Assembly (NCBI GenBank): GCA_032718475.1
Contig: JAUCBJ010001585.1
Span: 1-52,976 of the forward strand
From: Nemertoderma westbladi
Lineage: Eukaryota > Animalia > Xenacoelomorpha
Direction of reading: 5' to 3'
Length of the DNA: 52,976 nucleotides
Shown: positions 23,501 through 36,836 of the stretch, in pieces
Position numbering within the stretch: position 1 is the stretch's first letter
How the letters are laid out: the number at the start of each line of letters is the position of its first letter
Program-made: the position numbers and the translations under genes
Notes under the pieces: generated by a model
Told to the model about the DNA's origin: nothing
Database searches by the model: none
The model's input: the letters and a program-made list of their open reading frames with translations, nothing else

Positions 23501-26500
23501 CCCTTTACTGCCGAGTCCGCCAGTGATCGACCACGTCCCCCAGGAGGAGTATGCCCTGTTTGTGGAAAGATGATCTCGATAAAGTTCAATGGTACTCTTC
23601 ATGTCCATGGGAAACACTCCCAGAGGTGTTCCGGTTCAGATGGTCCCCCAGGGGCGGCCCCCACAGTCCTCGGATCTAGTGGGGGGTTACCACGCAGCAC
23701 TGTTAGTGACGCTACCACGGAGTGGGATGTCCTCGCGCTGCTGAAGGGCTGGAGAACCCGGCAACTACGGCACGTCCCAAAGGCGTCGCGGGCCAATTTA
23801 GCGGATCTACTGTCGGATCTGTTCTCTGCAATCACGGTTGACCCTACGAATGTTCACAACTGGACATGTCTTCTCTTGGTTGGGCACTGCTGCCTACCAG
23901 CGCCCAGCCGCGGTGGGAAGAAACATCATCGTTCCTTGGCCTCCAAGGTCAACCAGCTGATTTCGGATTTCCGGGTTTACATTCGCGTGGGGTTCAGTCC
24001 ACCGCGGCCGGAGCCGCAGGGTCGCAGAAGGCAGGCCCAGGTCGAGGCAACGCGCCTTGCGAATGCCGTTGCTGAGAAGATAGAGGATGGTGACGTCAAA
24101 GGGGGCCATCCGGTTGGCTTCCTGCAGGGACACCATAGCGCCAGACACCCCAGACACTTTTTCTATGTTGCGGGATAAACACCCGATCAGGCCCGTCGAC
24201 CGGAGAGACCCCCCACCGCCAGTAAACTCATCCGCGAAGCCATGCTCCCCCGCGGTGCTGCGGAAGTTGATTTCGTCCTTCCCTTGCGGTAGTGCAGGAG
24301 GACAAGATGGTGTGCGTCCCCAAATCTTTAAAGACGTTGTCAGCCCAACGAACGGCGGGGCTGCTGAGCGACTGCTTTCCACCCTCTCTCATTTCGTGGA
24401 CGTCACTATTGCGGGGGATGTGCCGGTTGCCATCCGTCCCCTCTTCTTCGGGGCGAACCTCTTCGCGTTCACAAAGACCGGAGGAGGCATCAGGCCTATC
24501 GCTGTTGGAGTTGCTCTACGGAGACTCTGTTCAAAGTTTGCCGGGCGCCTGGTGGGGGAGGATCGCACCCATTCTTATGGGTCGGTGCAAGTAGGTATTG
24601 GTTGTAAACTGGGAGCGGAAGCCGCAGAACATGCTGTGAGAGCGTTGACGGAGAGGGAGAACCCGGCTGGGACAGTGTTGCTGAAAATAGATTTCAGCAA
24701 CGCTTTTAATTCTATCCGCCGGGATACCATGTTGGAGACCGTCCACGACCAGCACCCCTCCGTGTATAACTACACTCTAGCGGCCTACGGGGAGGCATCC
24801 TTCCTCCTCCACGGATCCCAGACTCTCCTCTCGGATGAGGGAGTGCAGCAGGGGGACTCGGACGGACCGCCCTTCTTCGGTGATACCGTAAACCCCGTCG
24901 TCCAGGCTAGGCGGTCCAGCTTTAATGTCTGGTACCTTGATGACGGTAACTTGGCGGATGACTACCATGTGGTTCTGCAGGACCTGCGGGAAGTGATTGT
25001 TGAGGGGGGGAAGTGCGGGTTGAGGATAAACCCTGGGAAGAGTGAACTTTTCTTCCTAGGGCCGGAGACAGAGGAATCTCGCGCCCGTATCCAGTTCGAG
25101 TTCAACTCAGTCTGCCCTGGTATCAAGTACCCACCCCTTGAACAGCTGTCAATGCTGGGTGCCCCCATTGGTGATGCCGCTATAGCATCCTGCCTCGCAT
25201 CAAAGATAGGGGACCTCTCGACCCTAGCCTGCCGCATACCTCTACTAGATGCCCACCACGGCTTCTTCCTCCTAAAGAATTCATTTGCCATACCTCGGCT
25301 AACCTATTTCCTCCGGACAGCGCCGTGCTTCCTATTCCCTGAAGCACTTAAGAACTACGACGATATCCTCCGAAGTACCCTGCAGGAAGTCGCTAACACT
25401 AATATCAGCGACCCAGCCTGGGACCAGGCCTGCCTCCCCGCACAGGTGGGCGGTCTCGGACTGAGTTCGGCAGTGCAGCTCGCACTATCCGCCTTCCTGG
25501 CTTCCGCGGCTGCCTGTTCTTCTCTGTCCGACCGCCTGCTCCACTCAGTGGGGGTGGTGAGCCCAACCATCGAGTTGGCCCGGGAGTTCTGGATATCCTC
25601 CCTCCCTTCGGACGCTACTCTACCCTCTACGACTGCTCAGAGTGCGTGGGTGGCCCCAGTCCACTCGGCTAACCTCGCAGCGCTGCGTCTAGTTGCATCC
25701 CCAGTCGACCTTGCTAGGTTAAATTCCCTGGACCACCCAGTTGCCGGATGCTGGCTCAGTGCTCTACCCATCTCGTCGTTGGGACTCAAGCTGGATGACA
25801 GCCAGTTCCGCATCGCCGTTGCCATGCGGCTGGGAAGTAAGGTAGTCGAGCCGCATACCTGTCGCTGTGGTAGCCTGGTAGCTGCTGATGGTCTCCATGG
25901 TATCTGCTGCCAGAGGAGCGCTGGCCGGCATCCCCGCCACGCTATGTTGAACGATATAGTAAGGCGGGCGCTGGTCACCTGCGGGGTGTCCCCCATCCTT
26001 GAGCCCCCAGGTCTCTGTCGGAGCGATGGTAAGAGGGTTGACGGGGTTACAGTGATGCCTTGGAACCGCGGCCGCTCATTGGCCTGGGACGCAACCCTAA
26101 CGGATCCCCTCGCCCCGAGTCATCTCCAGCAGACCCTCATCGCTGGTGGCCGTGCTGCTGAGGAGGCTGAGCGGGTGAAGATTAGGAAGTATAGCGAGTT
26201 GGTAGAGCATGGTCGCTGCTACTTCAGTCCCGTGGCCTTTGAGACCTTTGGTCGACCCGGACCCGAGACTGCCAGCTTCCTCCAGGAAGTCAGGGCGCGT
26301 CTTCATGCTCGGACCCATGAGCAACGGTCGCACCAGTTTTTGCTGCAACGCTTGGCGGTGGCAATTCTCATGGGAAACGCGGCGTCGGTGGTGGGAACCA
26401 TGGACACACCCTTCCACTACATCGGACTGTTTGATGGGGTTGATGGGTGATGGTGACTGTAACACAAGCGCCTGGCACCGCACCGCGTCAGGAAAAACAA

Positions 26501-26505
26501 CTTAT
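20515..26505 (+). mobile_element. Near full-length CRE-like non-LTR retrotransposon (RT plus restriction-like endonuclease); original single ORF split by two +1 frameshifts
   Basis: GC-rich island with approximate ends. N-terminal Cys cluster; CPVC...H zinc finger; RT motifs GGIRPIAVG, KIDFSNAFNSIRR, GVQQGD, WYLDDG; CCHC knuckle; RLE motifs RHAMLND, DGKRVDG, WDAT, AFETFG. ORF pieces 20671-23295, 23030-24178 and 24087-26450. Confidence 0.9.
21060..23280 (+). repeat. 15-bp coding tandem repeat, ~145 units, encoding RVSP(S/G/C)
   Basis: CG(A/G)GTGTCCCC(A/T/C)(A/G/T)GT units in frame within the 20671-23295 ORF. Confidence 0.95.
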
Positions 26506-28464
26506 TAATACTCGCAATTGAATAATCTAAATTTAAATTTTCCACTCTATAATCCAATTGATTTTTCTTATGTTTCTCTGTCAATATGCAAATATTCAAA
26601 TTGATTGTGTTTTATACATATACATATATCTATACATTATTTATTGTGCAATGTTCTAAATTTTACTCTTTAATGTAATATTAAATAAATTTGTATTAAC
26701 TAATATTAAATAGCGAAAAAAAATGTAAAATATTATTTATCTATAATAGTAAATAATATAATAATAATATAATATAATATCTTAATAACTATTTATTCAC
26801 AAAGAGTGACCAATACATTCTATTTGTAAAGTAATATATTTTATCTAATAAACTTTAACATTAGAGCTCTGTAAAATCAATATAGGGAAGAATAGAAAAT
26901 ATATATACTTTATATGTCTAGACTCTTTCATTACACTGAAAGTCAACTTGTTTTCCGTTACAATAGACACTGGTGCTTTACTTTACACATAAGGTACATT
27001 TCCTATTTATTTATTACTCACTTCTAGGTACGCTTTATCGAAGAATAATGAGGTAAACTCATTACAGCAGAAATAATGAGGACGGATACGTCGTGACTCA
27101 TTATCGAATACTTCCTCAAGCACGACATCGGCCTTAAGAACCCAAACGGGGTCATTCGAAAACAGGGACACGGCCTACCGTAGTAGGTGCCCCTGCACAC
27201 TGCCCCTCTGCATCCTTGGACGATGTTGATCTGTAAATATAAAATATATTGTGTGAAAATATATTATAATATCTTCATATATAAAATACCTTTTAGGGTT
27301 AGCCACAAAATGACCACTATAATAATAAATATATCAGATTGATAAAATGAAAAACTATAGATTGCGTTCAATGTAGATTGCAGATATTGTAGATGGAAGA
27401 CTCGATACTGGGGGTATTGTCGGCGGGTCGTTCATCGGCTCCAACTTCGCGTCCGTGGTAATCACCGGTAGATTAACAATCGTGTTTGTTTGGGGTATCA
27501 CCGGTGGATTAACAACCGTGTTTCCAGTGGTTGTTGGTTCTACTATCCGTATGAACGATCCGACGCCAACTCCAGCAGAGTGAAAATATAACGCCGTAGT
27601 ATGGGGATGCTCAGCTAACATCAAAATAAAAGTAATTAAATCTCTGAATAAATTTCCAAATATATTAATGTTAGTGCAGTAGTGTAAAAATAATTATAAT
27701 TATTAGGGTACAAATGTTATTTATTGTTAATATATTTCAGTATTTATAAAATATTTTAATCTTTATAAAATATATGTTCAGCTACAGTAAAACGTGATAT
27801 ATTTTACTTTATGGTCGTTTTGGTCAAGCTAAATTGTAATTTAACAGTCTAAATGATGCTATGGTATTTTTATAATTCCTGAAAATCGAATCCTGTGTTT
27901 CACATCTGTTAAATGTATATTAAGTGGGTAACATATTATTTCAAAAAAGGTATTAATTTCAATTTCAATATTCAATTTAATTATTAAATATTTTATTAAC
28001 TTACAGGGCGATCAACAGCATGTGATATGAAGTGCGCTGTTTTTTGGGAGTTGGTGCTCCAGCTGCCTCTTTCTTCCTTGCTGGCCCATAGCTAACAGAA
28101 AGAATAACTGCCTACATTGCAGTGTTGTCAGCGATCTGCGAACCGCATACATATGGTAGTGCTACCTCCATCTACAATATTTTAATAAGGTTATTTATTA
28201 CTTGTAATATTATATATCATAGTATTTATTTATAAGTTTATTAGGCCTACTGAAAAAGTAAAGTCGTTATTATTACAGAGGTAATGTAATGATGGCAGAC
28301 ATGTTGTAGTATTACTCTGATAGTTTGAAACTGAATTCGAGAACATCCTCAAACTTAAAAATCTGAAATTATTTATATGACACGTATTCTATTAACAAAT
28401 CTTTAATAACAGACAATTTATCTATTAATAAATAACAGACATCTATTAATCAATTAATAAAATT

Positions 28465-28675
28465 AACCAACAGTCCCCTTCCGGCAGAACCGACCAACAG
28501 AGCGCCTTCCGGTAGAACAGACCGCACTGCATTCCGGCAGAACCGACCAAATGACTGCCTTCCGGCAGAACCGACCAACTGACTGCATCCCAGCAGACAG
28601 ACAGAACCGACCAACAGACCACCTTCCCGCAGAACCGACCAACAGACAGACCGCCTGCCAGCAGACCCAACAATC
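28465..28675. repeat. Degenerate ~30-bp tandem repeat (CCGGCAGAACCGACCAAC core)
   Basis: Core recurs about 6 times. Confidence 0.75.
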
Positions 28676-29301
28676 CGCTACAAATAGGTAAGTTTTTCCA
28701 ATGCAAGTAGTTTTCAGGTTACAACTCAGGGGAAGTTCTTATTGGCAGCATTGATTTCATCCAATCCCGAAAGGAACGCTTTTTAATTTCCTTCATATTT
28801 CCCAGCAATGTAGTCAGGTAGTGTTCAATATATAGCTCTTTAACGAATGCATGGTTATGCTTATGAGTAGGCCTACCAAAGAAGTATAGGCCTACCCAGT
28901 AAGTAGTAACTGATGCAACTCCAACTTTTGTCTTCTGAGATGCCAAACCATTCATCAGCCTTTAGGTTTGGAATGGATTTGGCCGGGCCACCACTTGTCC
29001 TTTCCTCTTAGTTTCGTCCAGACTAATTCATCACACGAGAAAGCTCTTGTAAAGTAGACTTAGCATCCGAATCTGAGTATAATAATGATGACTCACATTC
29101 TGACTCATCTGTACCCGAATCTGAGGCTGAACTTTCATGTTCATCATTACTGCATTATCAACCTCGTTTATCATATTAATATTAATAATGTAATATTAAA
29201 AATGATAAAAAAAACGGTCACATTACCGATAATGGTACCTGATACCGGTAGGCCTACTACCTGACTACTGTACTAAATTATGTGGAAATTTATGGCACTC
29301 A

Positions 29302-29523
29302 TCGGATACAGGGGACCCTCCTCGCCTCCTGAATGTTGATTTCAGAATCACAACAAATCACAAAAAATTGAAAAGTAAAGGAGCAGGTTACAGTGGTAGG
29401 CCTAGCCAGAAGGAACCAAAACAATAATCAGATAAACGATTTGAATATACAAAAGAGTAGAAAATTGCAAAAAAAATGCAGAAAGCCGCCTACATTCAGG
29501 AGGGTCCCCTGTGCTGTATCCGA
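29302..29523. mobile_element. Small MITE-like element
   Basis: TCGGATACAGGGGACCCTCCT ... AGGAGGGTCCCCTGTGCTGTATCCGA inverted ends; central motif shared with 6315-6686. Confidence 0.65.
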
Positions 29524-30016
29524 CACCCACGAGTACCCAAACCCCAACTGCCCAATTTATGGCTGAGCTCCAGCTCCAGCCAGCCAGAAAGTGACCAGAC
29601 CCCATGGTCTGGCAGTCTGGTGGTAGGCTTAGGCTAAATAAAAACTAATTTTTTGCTGAAAAACATGACTGTCTGACAGTACATCATCAGCCAGTAGGCC
29701 TATCGTCCGACCACACCACACCTACCACAGGTGTGGACCTAGCACAGCCACAGCAGCACAGGCTGACAGCGACAGAGACAGGACTGAGGTACTGTACCGG
29801 TACTGATTCTGTGCTCTGACAGAGGTCAGGAGCACAGGGGGTTATCATGGCATTCACAGGTTCTCCAGTCACTGACAAACTGCTGCATTGGCTGACTTGT
29901 GACTTGTACTTTGGTACCGGTACCGGCTTGTATTCCAGTACCAGCAATAACAACATGCCTGTAGTCTGGTAGTGCAGTTGCAGTTGGCAGTTGGTAATGT
30001 AACATATCTATGAATC

Positions 30017-30322
30017 AGCCAGACGCCTGTCTTTCTTTTTTGCTAACTCTTCAATTATCCTTCTAAGTGCCAAAATGGGCTCCATGGTCCCACGACCTTT
30101 ACGGAACCCATTCTGATTTCCACGGAGCAGTCTCTCAATGGGATCCCTGATGCGATTTAATAGAATCCTATTGTATAGCTTTGCAGCAATCGAGATCAAT
30201 GAGATTCCCCGAAAAGAACCATAGAGTGTTAGGTTGCCCTTCTTGGGAACTGGCACCAACTTATTTGTTTTCATTTCTTGTGGGACTGTTGTTGTTCGGT
30301 ACATGTCTACTATGATGGGATA
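30017..30322 (-). pseudogene. RTE-like LINE RT fragment
   Basis: PVPKKGNL...FRGISLISIAAKLYNRILLNRI...NQNGFRKGRGT; nearly identical to part of 45042-45945. Confidence 0.88.
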
Positions 30323-30917
30323 AAATCTACATATATTTACGAAAACGTCTGATTTTTTGTTTGTACGTAGGTATCACTTGTCTGGATCCGACCGGAAAAA
30401 AAATTTTCGAAAAAATGTACTGGGGTGGTTATATTGCAGCACCAAAATTACAAGTAGTGCACAATTTTCACCAAATTTGAAAGTTACAATTTCGGCTAAT
30501 TATTTTTCAATACAGGTTTTCTGGGGTGCAAAATACATTGGAAATTATTAAAAATGATATTATTACTATAAATGGCTGTTTAGTCCTCTCTGCGTAGGAA
30601 AAAAATGAAAAAAACAAGTAACCAGCGCTTTTCAGTTACAACACAAAATTTTTAATTCACTTATACGATACTATAAATTCACATTTTCAGGTTTTCGAGG
30701 GCGCTGATTCTAATGGAATACATTTCTAATATGCCAGATCATTGCGTCACCTTCAAGGCAGAACCCCCTAAGTCGATTTTTGTAGTTCTGAGATAATCGA
30801 TAAAAACTGTTTATTTTTTAGAGAGATGCCTCAGTTTACTTGTTATTGTGTTTTTTGATAACTAAATATATATAGAATTCATATAACTAAACTTTCAATT
30901 TGATTTAGAATTACCTT

Positions 30918-31110
30918 TGAAATATATTGCGGTTTTTTTGTAAAAATTCTGACTTATGGTGTTTTGCCAAAACAAGGGGGAACACCATTTTCTGGTATTA
31001 TCCCGTAACTATACGATAGTTGCGGGGTATTGCCTAGAAAACAAGGTATCCCCAATTTGGCAAAACACCATAAGTACGAATTTTTACAAAAAACACGCAA
31101 AATATATCAA
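30918..31110. repeat. Imperfect palindrome (~190 bp), probably part of a MITE
   Basis: TTTTTTGTAAAAATTCTGACTTATGGTGTTTTGCCAAA is inverted as TTTGGCAAAACACCATAAGTACGAATTTTTACAAAAAA. Confidence 0.75.
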
Positions 31111-31770
31111 ATAATAGCCAAGGCGTATCGTATCGTACGTCCTTAATAATTTAGTGCGTAGTGCGCACGTAATACATGTGCGCATTTGTTATTAGCTAAT
31201 AAGTGCTATCTAACATGTGAACTAGCACATGATCAGGTGTTAGTATTACCTGTAAACGCAATAATAACAAATAATCACATACAATATAGCTAACATACAC
31301 ACGCACATGTTGGAAATTGTTGAATTCAAAATTCTAAAGGGCCCCATAAGTTTTTGATATTTTGGTATTAATTGCTTCTAAAATAAGTACGGAACTGTAG
31401 TTAGAATCATGTATCAATACAAATTGAACAAAATGTAGCCAAATGCAGAACTATAAGAACAAAATTTAGATTCAAGAAAGCGGAACTCTAAGTACAAAAT
31501 ATAGCCATGGGTGGTACTCTACAGTAAGAACAAAGTCTAGCTACAGGGTTACAGCTACGTTAAAGTAAAGTTCACTTACATTACGTCATGACGAATAATT
31601 AAAGACCTGTTTTTCTACAGTACGTGGCAACATTTTGAGCAACTCTATCAGCAACTTAGTAAGCATTTCAGGTTGCCAATCAAGTTGCTCTATGTAAACG
31701 CGAACTTTGTTGCTGTTAAAGATGCCTCATACAACGGAGACTAAAAGTTAATGTTGCTCAAATTAAGTTG

Positions 31771-34100
31771 CTACAGTCCAGCTCACCAACAGAGTGCCAT
31801 CGGATCCGATCTGAACCTATCGGATCCAACAGCTTCAAACACTTTCAGACAAACTCCAACAGTCCAACAACTTCAAACAGATTCAGACAGTTTCAAACAG
31901 ATTCAGACAGTTTCAAACAGAATCAGACAACTTCCAACAACCTGTCAATCACTCCACCCACACTCAACCGCAACCCCAACTCAACTCCCATCTTCTTGCG
32001 CGCAGATAGAATGAAAGCGTTTGAAACTACTAAAGGAACTCCATTCATAAAGCCACAATAACGACAGAGTGGACTGGCCACTGGCGGCGCCCTTGAACAT
32101 TCACACTGTAACTTAAGCTGACCTGAAGGAACAGCCCATTAGTGAGGTCGGTATTTCTCTTTATTCCTGCCGCTATCTTTGAATAACACAATAGCAGAAA
32201 GCTAACCAGTGGTCTACCCCCAATACAAGAAAGACTAGTTGGCTACCATTGAAATGAATGGGGAATGGAATTCTGTGTTCACATACTAATGTTGCTTTGG
32301 GTTGGTCTAGAGCCATACAATAGAGCTTTACGGAAATACACTTCCAAAGAGCCAAGCAGTCAGTGGCGGTATAGGTCCAAAATGCCCATGTAGAATTTCT
32401 TCGAATAAGGCTCAATTTCTTTAAGTTACATTAATTAAATTACTGATAAATATTTTGCTTTTCGCAGGAGGGACAGTATCCCCTTCTACAGTTAATATAG
32501 TGTACGTACATGTGTTAGTTATATCGTTGCGTTTATTTATATTTATACAGGTTTGGATATGATCTCTACTAGTTTGATTTTTGTTTTGTCAATTAATTAA
32601 TTGTGCGGTTAATTTGTCAATCACAGCCTTAATTGGCTACATTGCTTATTGTATGAATGAATATAATTAGTTATTAATAGATTCTCCATAGTTGTCGCAA
32701 TTTCGTTTCTCCCAAGTTCAGAGATGGCGGATATACTATACATTACATCATAATATGGCATGGCAGTCACGTGAAAACAAGGGCCTTCACATTCCCAATT
32801 CTCTATCTAATCTATTATGGTTGTGCGTAATGCTCAATACTACTTTATGATATTAATTCATTCACGTTTAACATTAACAGCCACGTTTCATCACCCCCCC
32901 CCCCCCCCCCCCCCCTCCCCTTCCAATGTGACAAACTATCACGATATGTTGGCGTTGGGCCCCGTCCCTACGTCCACCCTCCCTTGTGAAGGGCTAGGGG
33001 GGACTTTCGACCCATCATTACTAAAGGGTAGTGATAATATTCAAAATAAGTTTTCCCATGTATACGTAATTTTATTCTTAAATAGGTACTTGTTTGTTCC
33101 TAAATTCTGCCTAAATGCTGCCTTACTCAATGTTACAGTAAATAATTTATTGTTCTCGAATATTTATTTCGTAACTAGGGAACCGCTTAACTACAAACCA
33201 ATATTGGATATGGAGTTCCGTTTCGAAATTCGCCTTGCAGAGACTAAAGTTGCAATAACTTTTGAGTGTGTGAATGTAATTTACTCAAATAGGGTACGTG
33301 CGCGAAAAAATAGTTGGGCTAGAAGTATTACGTGCAAACCTTTTCATTTCGATGCTCTTTCAACACAACTAATAAAATTTACCAAAAATATTTTTTTCAC
33401 TCATTGTAAAATTATAGTTACTGTTTGCTTAATCTGTTTGTGTTTATATCTGTTTATGTGCAGTATTTAGTGCCCTACGTCAAAGAAACTAATATATTTA
33501 TAGCATTATTTACATTTCTAATTAAATTAAGGAATTAAAAACGTGTTGGTGTTATTATATTCATTTATCGGAATTTATATTATAGGAATTTATTATTCGT
33601 TTATGCATTTTAGTTAATTAATTGATATAATTAACGACATAATGTAAATAAAAATTGTTAAATGAAACAAATCTTTGTTTCGGTTTATAATTGACAATAG
33701 CACACCCTCACAATCACTTCAAATTGAGAGTTAAAGTGATTGACATTTTGTTAATGAACTACGCTTTTGTAAGGCATTGGCAAATTCCAACAAATTCCGA
33801 TGGCGTCAAACATCTTCAGACAACTTCAAACAGTTTCAGACAATTTCAAACAGCTTCAGACAACTTCAAACAACATCAGATAGCTTCCAACAACATCCAA
33901 CAGAAATTTCAAACACTTTCAGACGGATTTCAGACAGATTCAGATGGGCTCCAACAGACTAAACTTGTTGAAAATATTTTCTCCAACAGAATCAAACAGT
34001 ACTAAATCTCCGTAGGTTAGCATTGTGCTTGTTTGAAGCTGTCGGAGTGTGTTGGATCCGATCGGATCAGATGGCACTCTGTTGGTGAGCGGGACTGTAG
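31771..34100. mobile_element. Non-autonomous TIR DNA transposon (~2.3 kb) with subterminal 10-bp repeats
   Basis: ~41-bp TIR CTACAGTCCAGCTCACCAACAGAGTGCCATCGGATCCGATC and its inverse ending at 34100; TTCA(A/G)ACA arrays near both ends. TSD is either TA (ends CAGT) or TTG; it sits inside a GCAAC/GTTGC-rich element. Confidence 0.85.
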
Positions 34101-34164
34101 TTGCTGACCAAATTGTCCAAAACGTCCGGCAACCTAGAGTAACTTATAGCAACTTGGACAAAAA

Positions 34165-34475
34165 CAAAATGAGGGATAGATATTTATCAGCGCCACAAAC
34201 ATTAAATGAGGGATAGATATTTATCAGCGCCACAAACATTAATGTGGGACAAACATTAATCAGGGTGACAAACATTAATGTGGGACATAAACATTGATGT
34301 AGGACACAAACAATAATGTGGGACATAAACATTGATATAAGACACAAACATTAATGAGGGACACAAACATTAATGAGAGACACAAACATTAATGAGATAC
34401 ACAAACATTAATGAGGGACACAAACAATAAACGAGGGACAGATATCAATCAAGGGCACAAACATTAATCATGGGC
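34165..34475. repeat. ~19-bp minisatellite (ACACAAACATTAATGAGGG)
   Basis: More than 10 degenerate copies. Confidence 0.85.
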
Positions 34476-34729
34476 ACTATCGCCCTTCGCACTTAGTATG
34501 ATTCATGTTACCACCCATACACATACAATATATTACAGTATTACAATTCTCATTACTGTCAAGCAATAAAATAACAACAATAAATAATAACATATTAATC
34601 TGACCAAGCCAATAAACTATGTTATTGCCAATTGAAGGAAAGGATTAGGTTACAGAGATGGTTTTTCTAACCAAAACAATAAACGATGTTGTTACTAAAA
34701 AGGGAAGGAGTAGGAGTAAAAAAATGATG

Positions 34730-34863
34730 AACATGATTATTTGTAACATAATTATTTGTAACATAATTATTTGTAACATAATTATTTGTAACATAATTAT
34801 TTGTAACATAATTATTTGTAACATAATTATTTGTAACATAATTATTTGAAACATAATTATTTG
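34730..34863. repeat. 15-bp tandem repeat (AACATAATTATTTGT), ~9 copies
   Basis: Directly visible; explains the MLQII and ICNII ORFs. Confidence 0.95.
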
Positions 34864-35357
34864 CCGTGTTGAAGTCCTTCAGTTTTTATTGATGTATTAT
34901 GTTTATATTTATTTGTGTGGAATTAGTTTCGCACTACCAAATCGCCAGGCCGACATATTTTCTAACTTTATATCACAGTAGTACGACATTGTTTCTCAGT
35001 ATGTCCCTACGCCATATATTTACTATGTATTTCAGTATATCCAGTATGTCACCAAGTCATTAATTGGTTGTTCTAGAAAGTTTAAGTGCAAAACTACAAA
35101 TAATTCCACCACATAAATCTTTTACGGCCCTCGTTCTATTATTTCACTAAACAAAATCACTCGTGCCGTAACGCTATAATGTGCTATTTTATGGCAACGA
35201 CGTAATATAGTTAGTATTTAATTGCTCTAAATGTTGGGTCTAAATGCCGGCGTTTAATGATTTCCCTAGAGAACTCCAACCCAACCACTGATCAGATGTG
35301 GGCAGAGGATTTACAGAATTTAATAAACAATTTCAATTAATAATATTTCCTAACAGG

Positions 35358-35955
35358 TTACAGAGTTGAAAGAGTTAGTTTCCATGTTACATGATACAGA
35401 GATAGAGATTTCATCCATTGCACTGTATCAGCAAATGGCTCCTCGGCTAATAAAGCAGAAAGAAGGGGTGAAGATTCAACAAAGAGTTGATGGATCTGTG
35501 AACTTCTATCACAACTGGGATGAATATGTTAAAGGATTTGGCGACCCAAATACCAATTTTTGGTTGGGGTTGGAGACGATGAACAAGCTGAGTGAAGGCG
35601 GGGTGAAGTTGATTGTCGATTTGTGGTTCACTGGAGAGGGACTTAAAGGTGGTGATTATGATAAATATAAGTCGGTGAATTACAACAACGAACACCGATA
35701 TGCGGAATACAAGAACTTCTCTATCGGATCAGCTGCAACTAATTATCACCTACAGGTATCCGGTTACCATGGTACTGCTGGTGTCTCATTGGAGTGGCAC
35801 AACGGTCAGCCATTCTCTACCAAGGATCGCGATAATGACAGGTGGGACGACGGCAACTGCGCCGTTGATCGTACTGGGTCGTGGTGGTACAACGAATGCG
35901 CGTACAGTAACTTGAACGGAGAATATGGTGGTGAGTGGAAGAAAGGACCTCATTG
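35358..35955 (+). pseudogene. Fibrinogen-related domain (ficolin/tenascin/FREP-like) exon, truncated at the 3' end
   Basis: IQQRVDGSVNFYHNWDEYVKGFG, FWLGLE, YAEYKNF, FSTKDRDND, NCA, WWYNECAYSNLNG; acceptor TTCCTAACAG ends at 35357; the final strands of the domain are replaced by gypsy sequence. Confidence 0.85.
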
Positions 35956-35979
35956 TAATTCGTCATTGGAAAGGACCAC

Positions 35980-36213
35980 AGTGCACTCGCTTCGACCGCG
36001 AAGTCCCTTAACTGGACACCCGCCATGGAGTCGGCATTTGAGAACGCCAAGACCGCGTTGACCTCCGCAACTCTCCTCGTCCATCCGAGTCACTCCGCCG
36101 CCACCAGTCTCACCGTGGACGCCTCCGACAAGGCGGTTGGCGGAGTCCTCGAGCAGTTCCTCGACGGACTCTGGCGCCCCGTCGCTTTCTTCTCCCGGAA
36201 ACTGCGACCCGCA
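35980..36213 (+). mobile_element. Ty3/gypsy pol fragment (RT connection and start of RNase H)
   Basis: WTPAMESAFENAKTAL...LTVDASDKAVGGVLEQ...WRPVAFFSRKL; sharp GC-rich block. Confidence 0.88.
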
Positions 36214-36836
36214 ACAAAATTCGTTGAAAGTGGAGGAAGTGCTTTAGAGAATGACTTAGAAACTAACTATTGTGGCTCATCCAAAGGTAATGAATCCAAT
36301 ACTAATACAATCAGAATTGAAAAGGTTTCCGGTAAAAACAAAAAAAAATTCGTTTGTCCGTTTTGTTTTAAAGAACAACTAGTTTTAGTGCGGCATTTAA
36401 AACTCACACATTCTATGAAACCGGAAGTTATAAAACTTATTGCTTGTGATAAAAAAATAGATTTTCATAAGAGGCGCTATGATTTTAGTGATGTGGAGAG
36501 GGTTGCCTACAAGGAACGCACAAAGATTATTGATTTCTTACGAAATAAGGGAAATCATGAACACAATCTGAGGGTCCTTAAAGAAGGAGTGGGAGTTTTG
36601 AAAGTTAGACGCCTTGATGTGCTAGCCACTGATGATACAGATGCATCAGTAGCAGGTTCTTTTTCAACATGTATGTTTTGTAAGGGAATGTTTAGAAGTC
36701 ATACTCTTAGTGATCATGCTAGCAAGTGTAAACTAAGACCTGCTGATGTATCACACAAGGGTGGACTTGTTGTCGGAAAGATGCTACAAATGGTGGATAC
36801 TCATAATGATAAGTTGAAAAAACTATTTGCAACAAT

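Noticed and set aside
27000-29150. Possible minus-strand multi-exon gene (several acceptor/donor-like sites and GC-richer blocks)
   Set aside because: The candidate exon at ~28005-28170 has stops in all three frames and no recognisable domain; possibly a decayed gene, but not supportable.
32817-33470. 217-aa ORF with polyproline
   Set aside because: The prolines come from a poly-C run inside a non-autonomous transposon; no domain signal.
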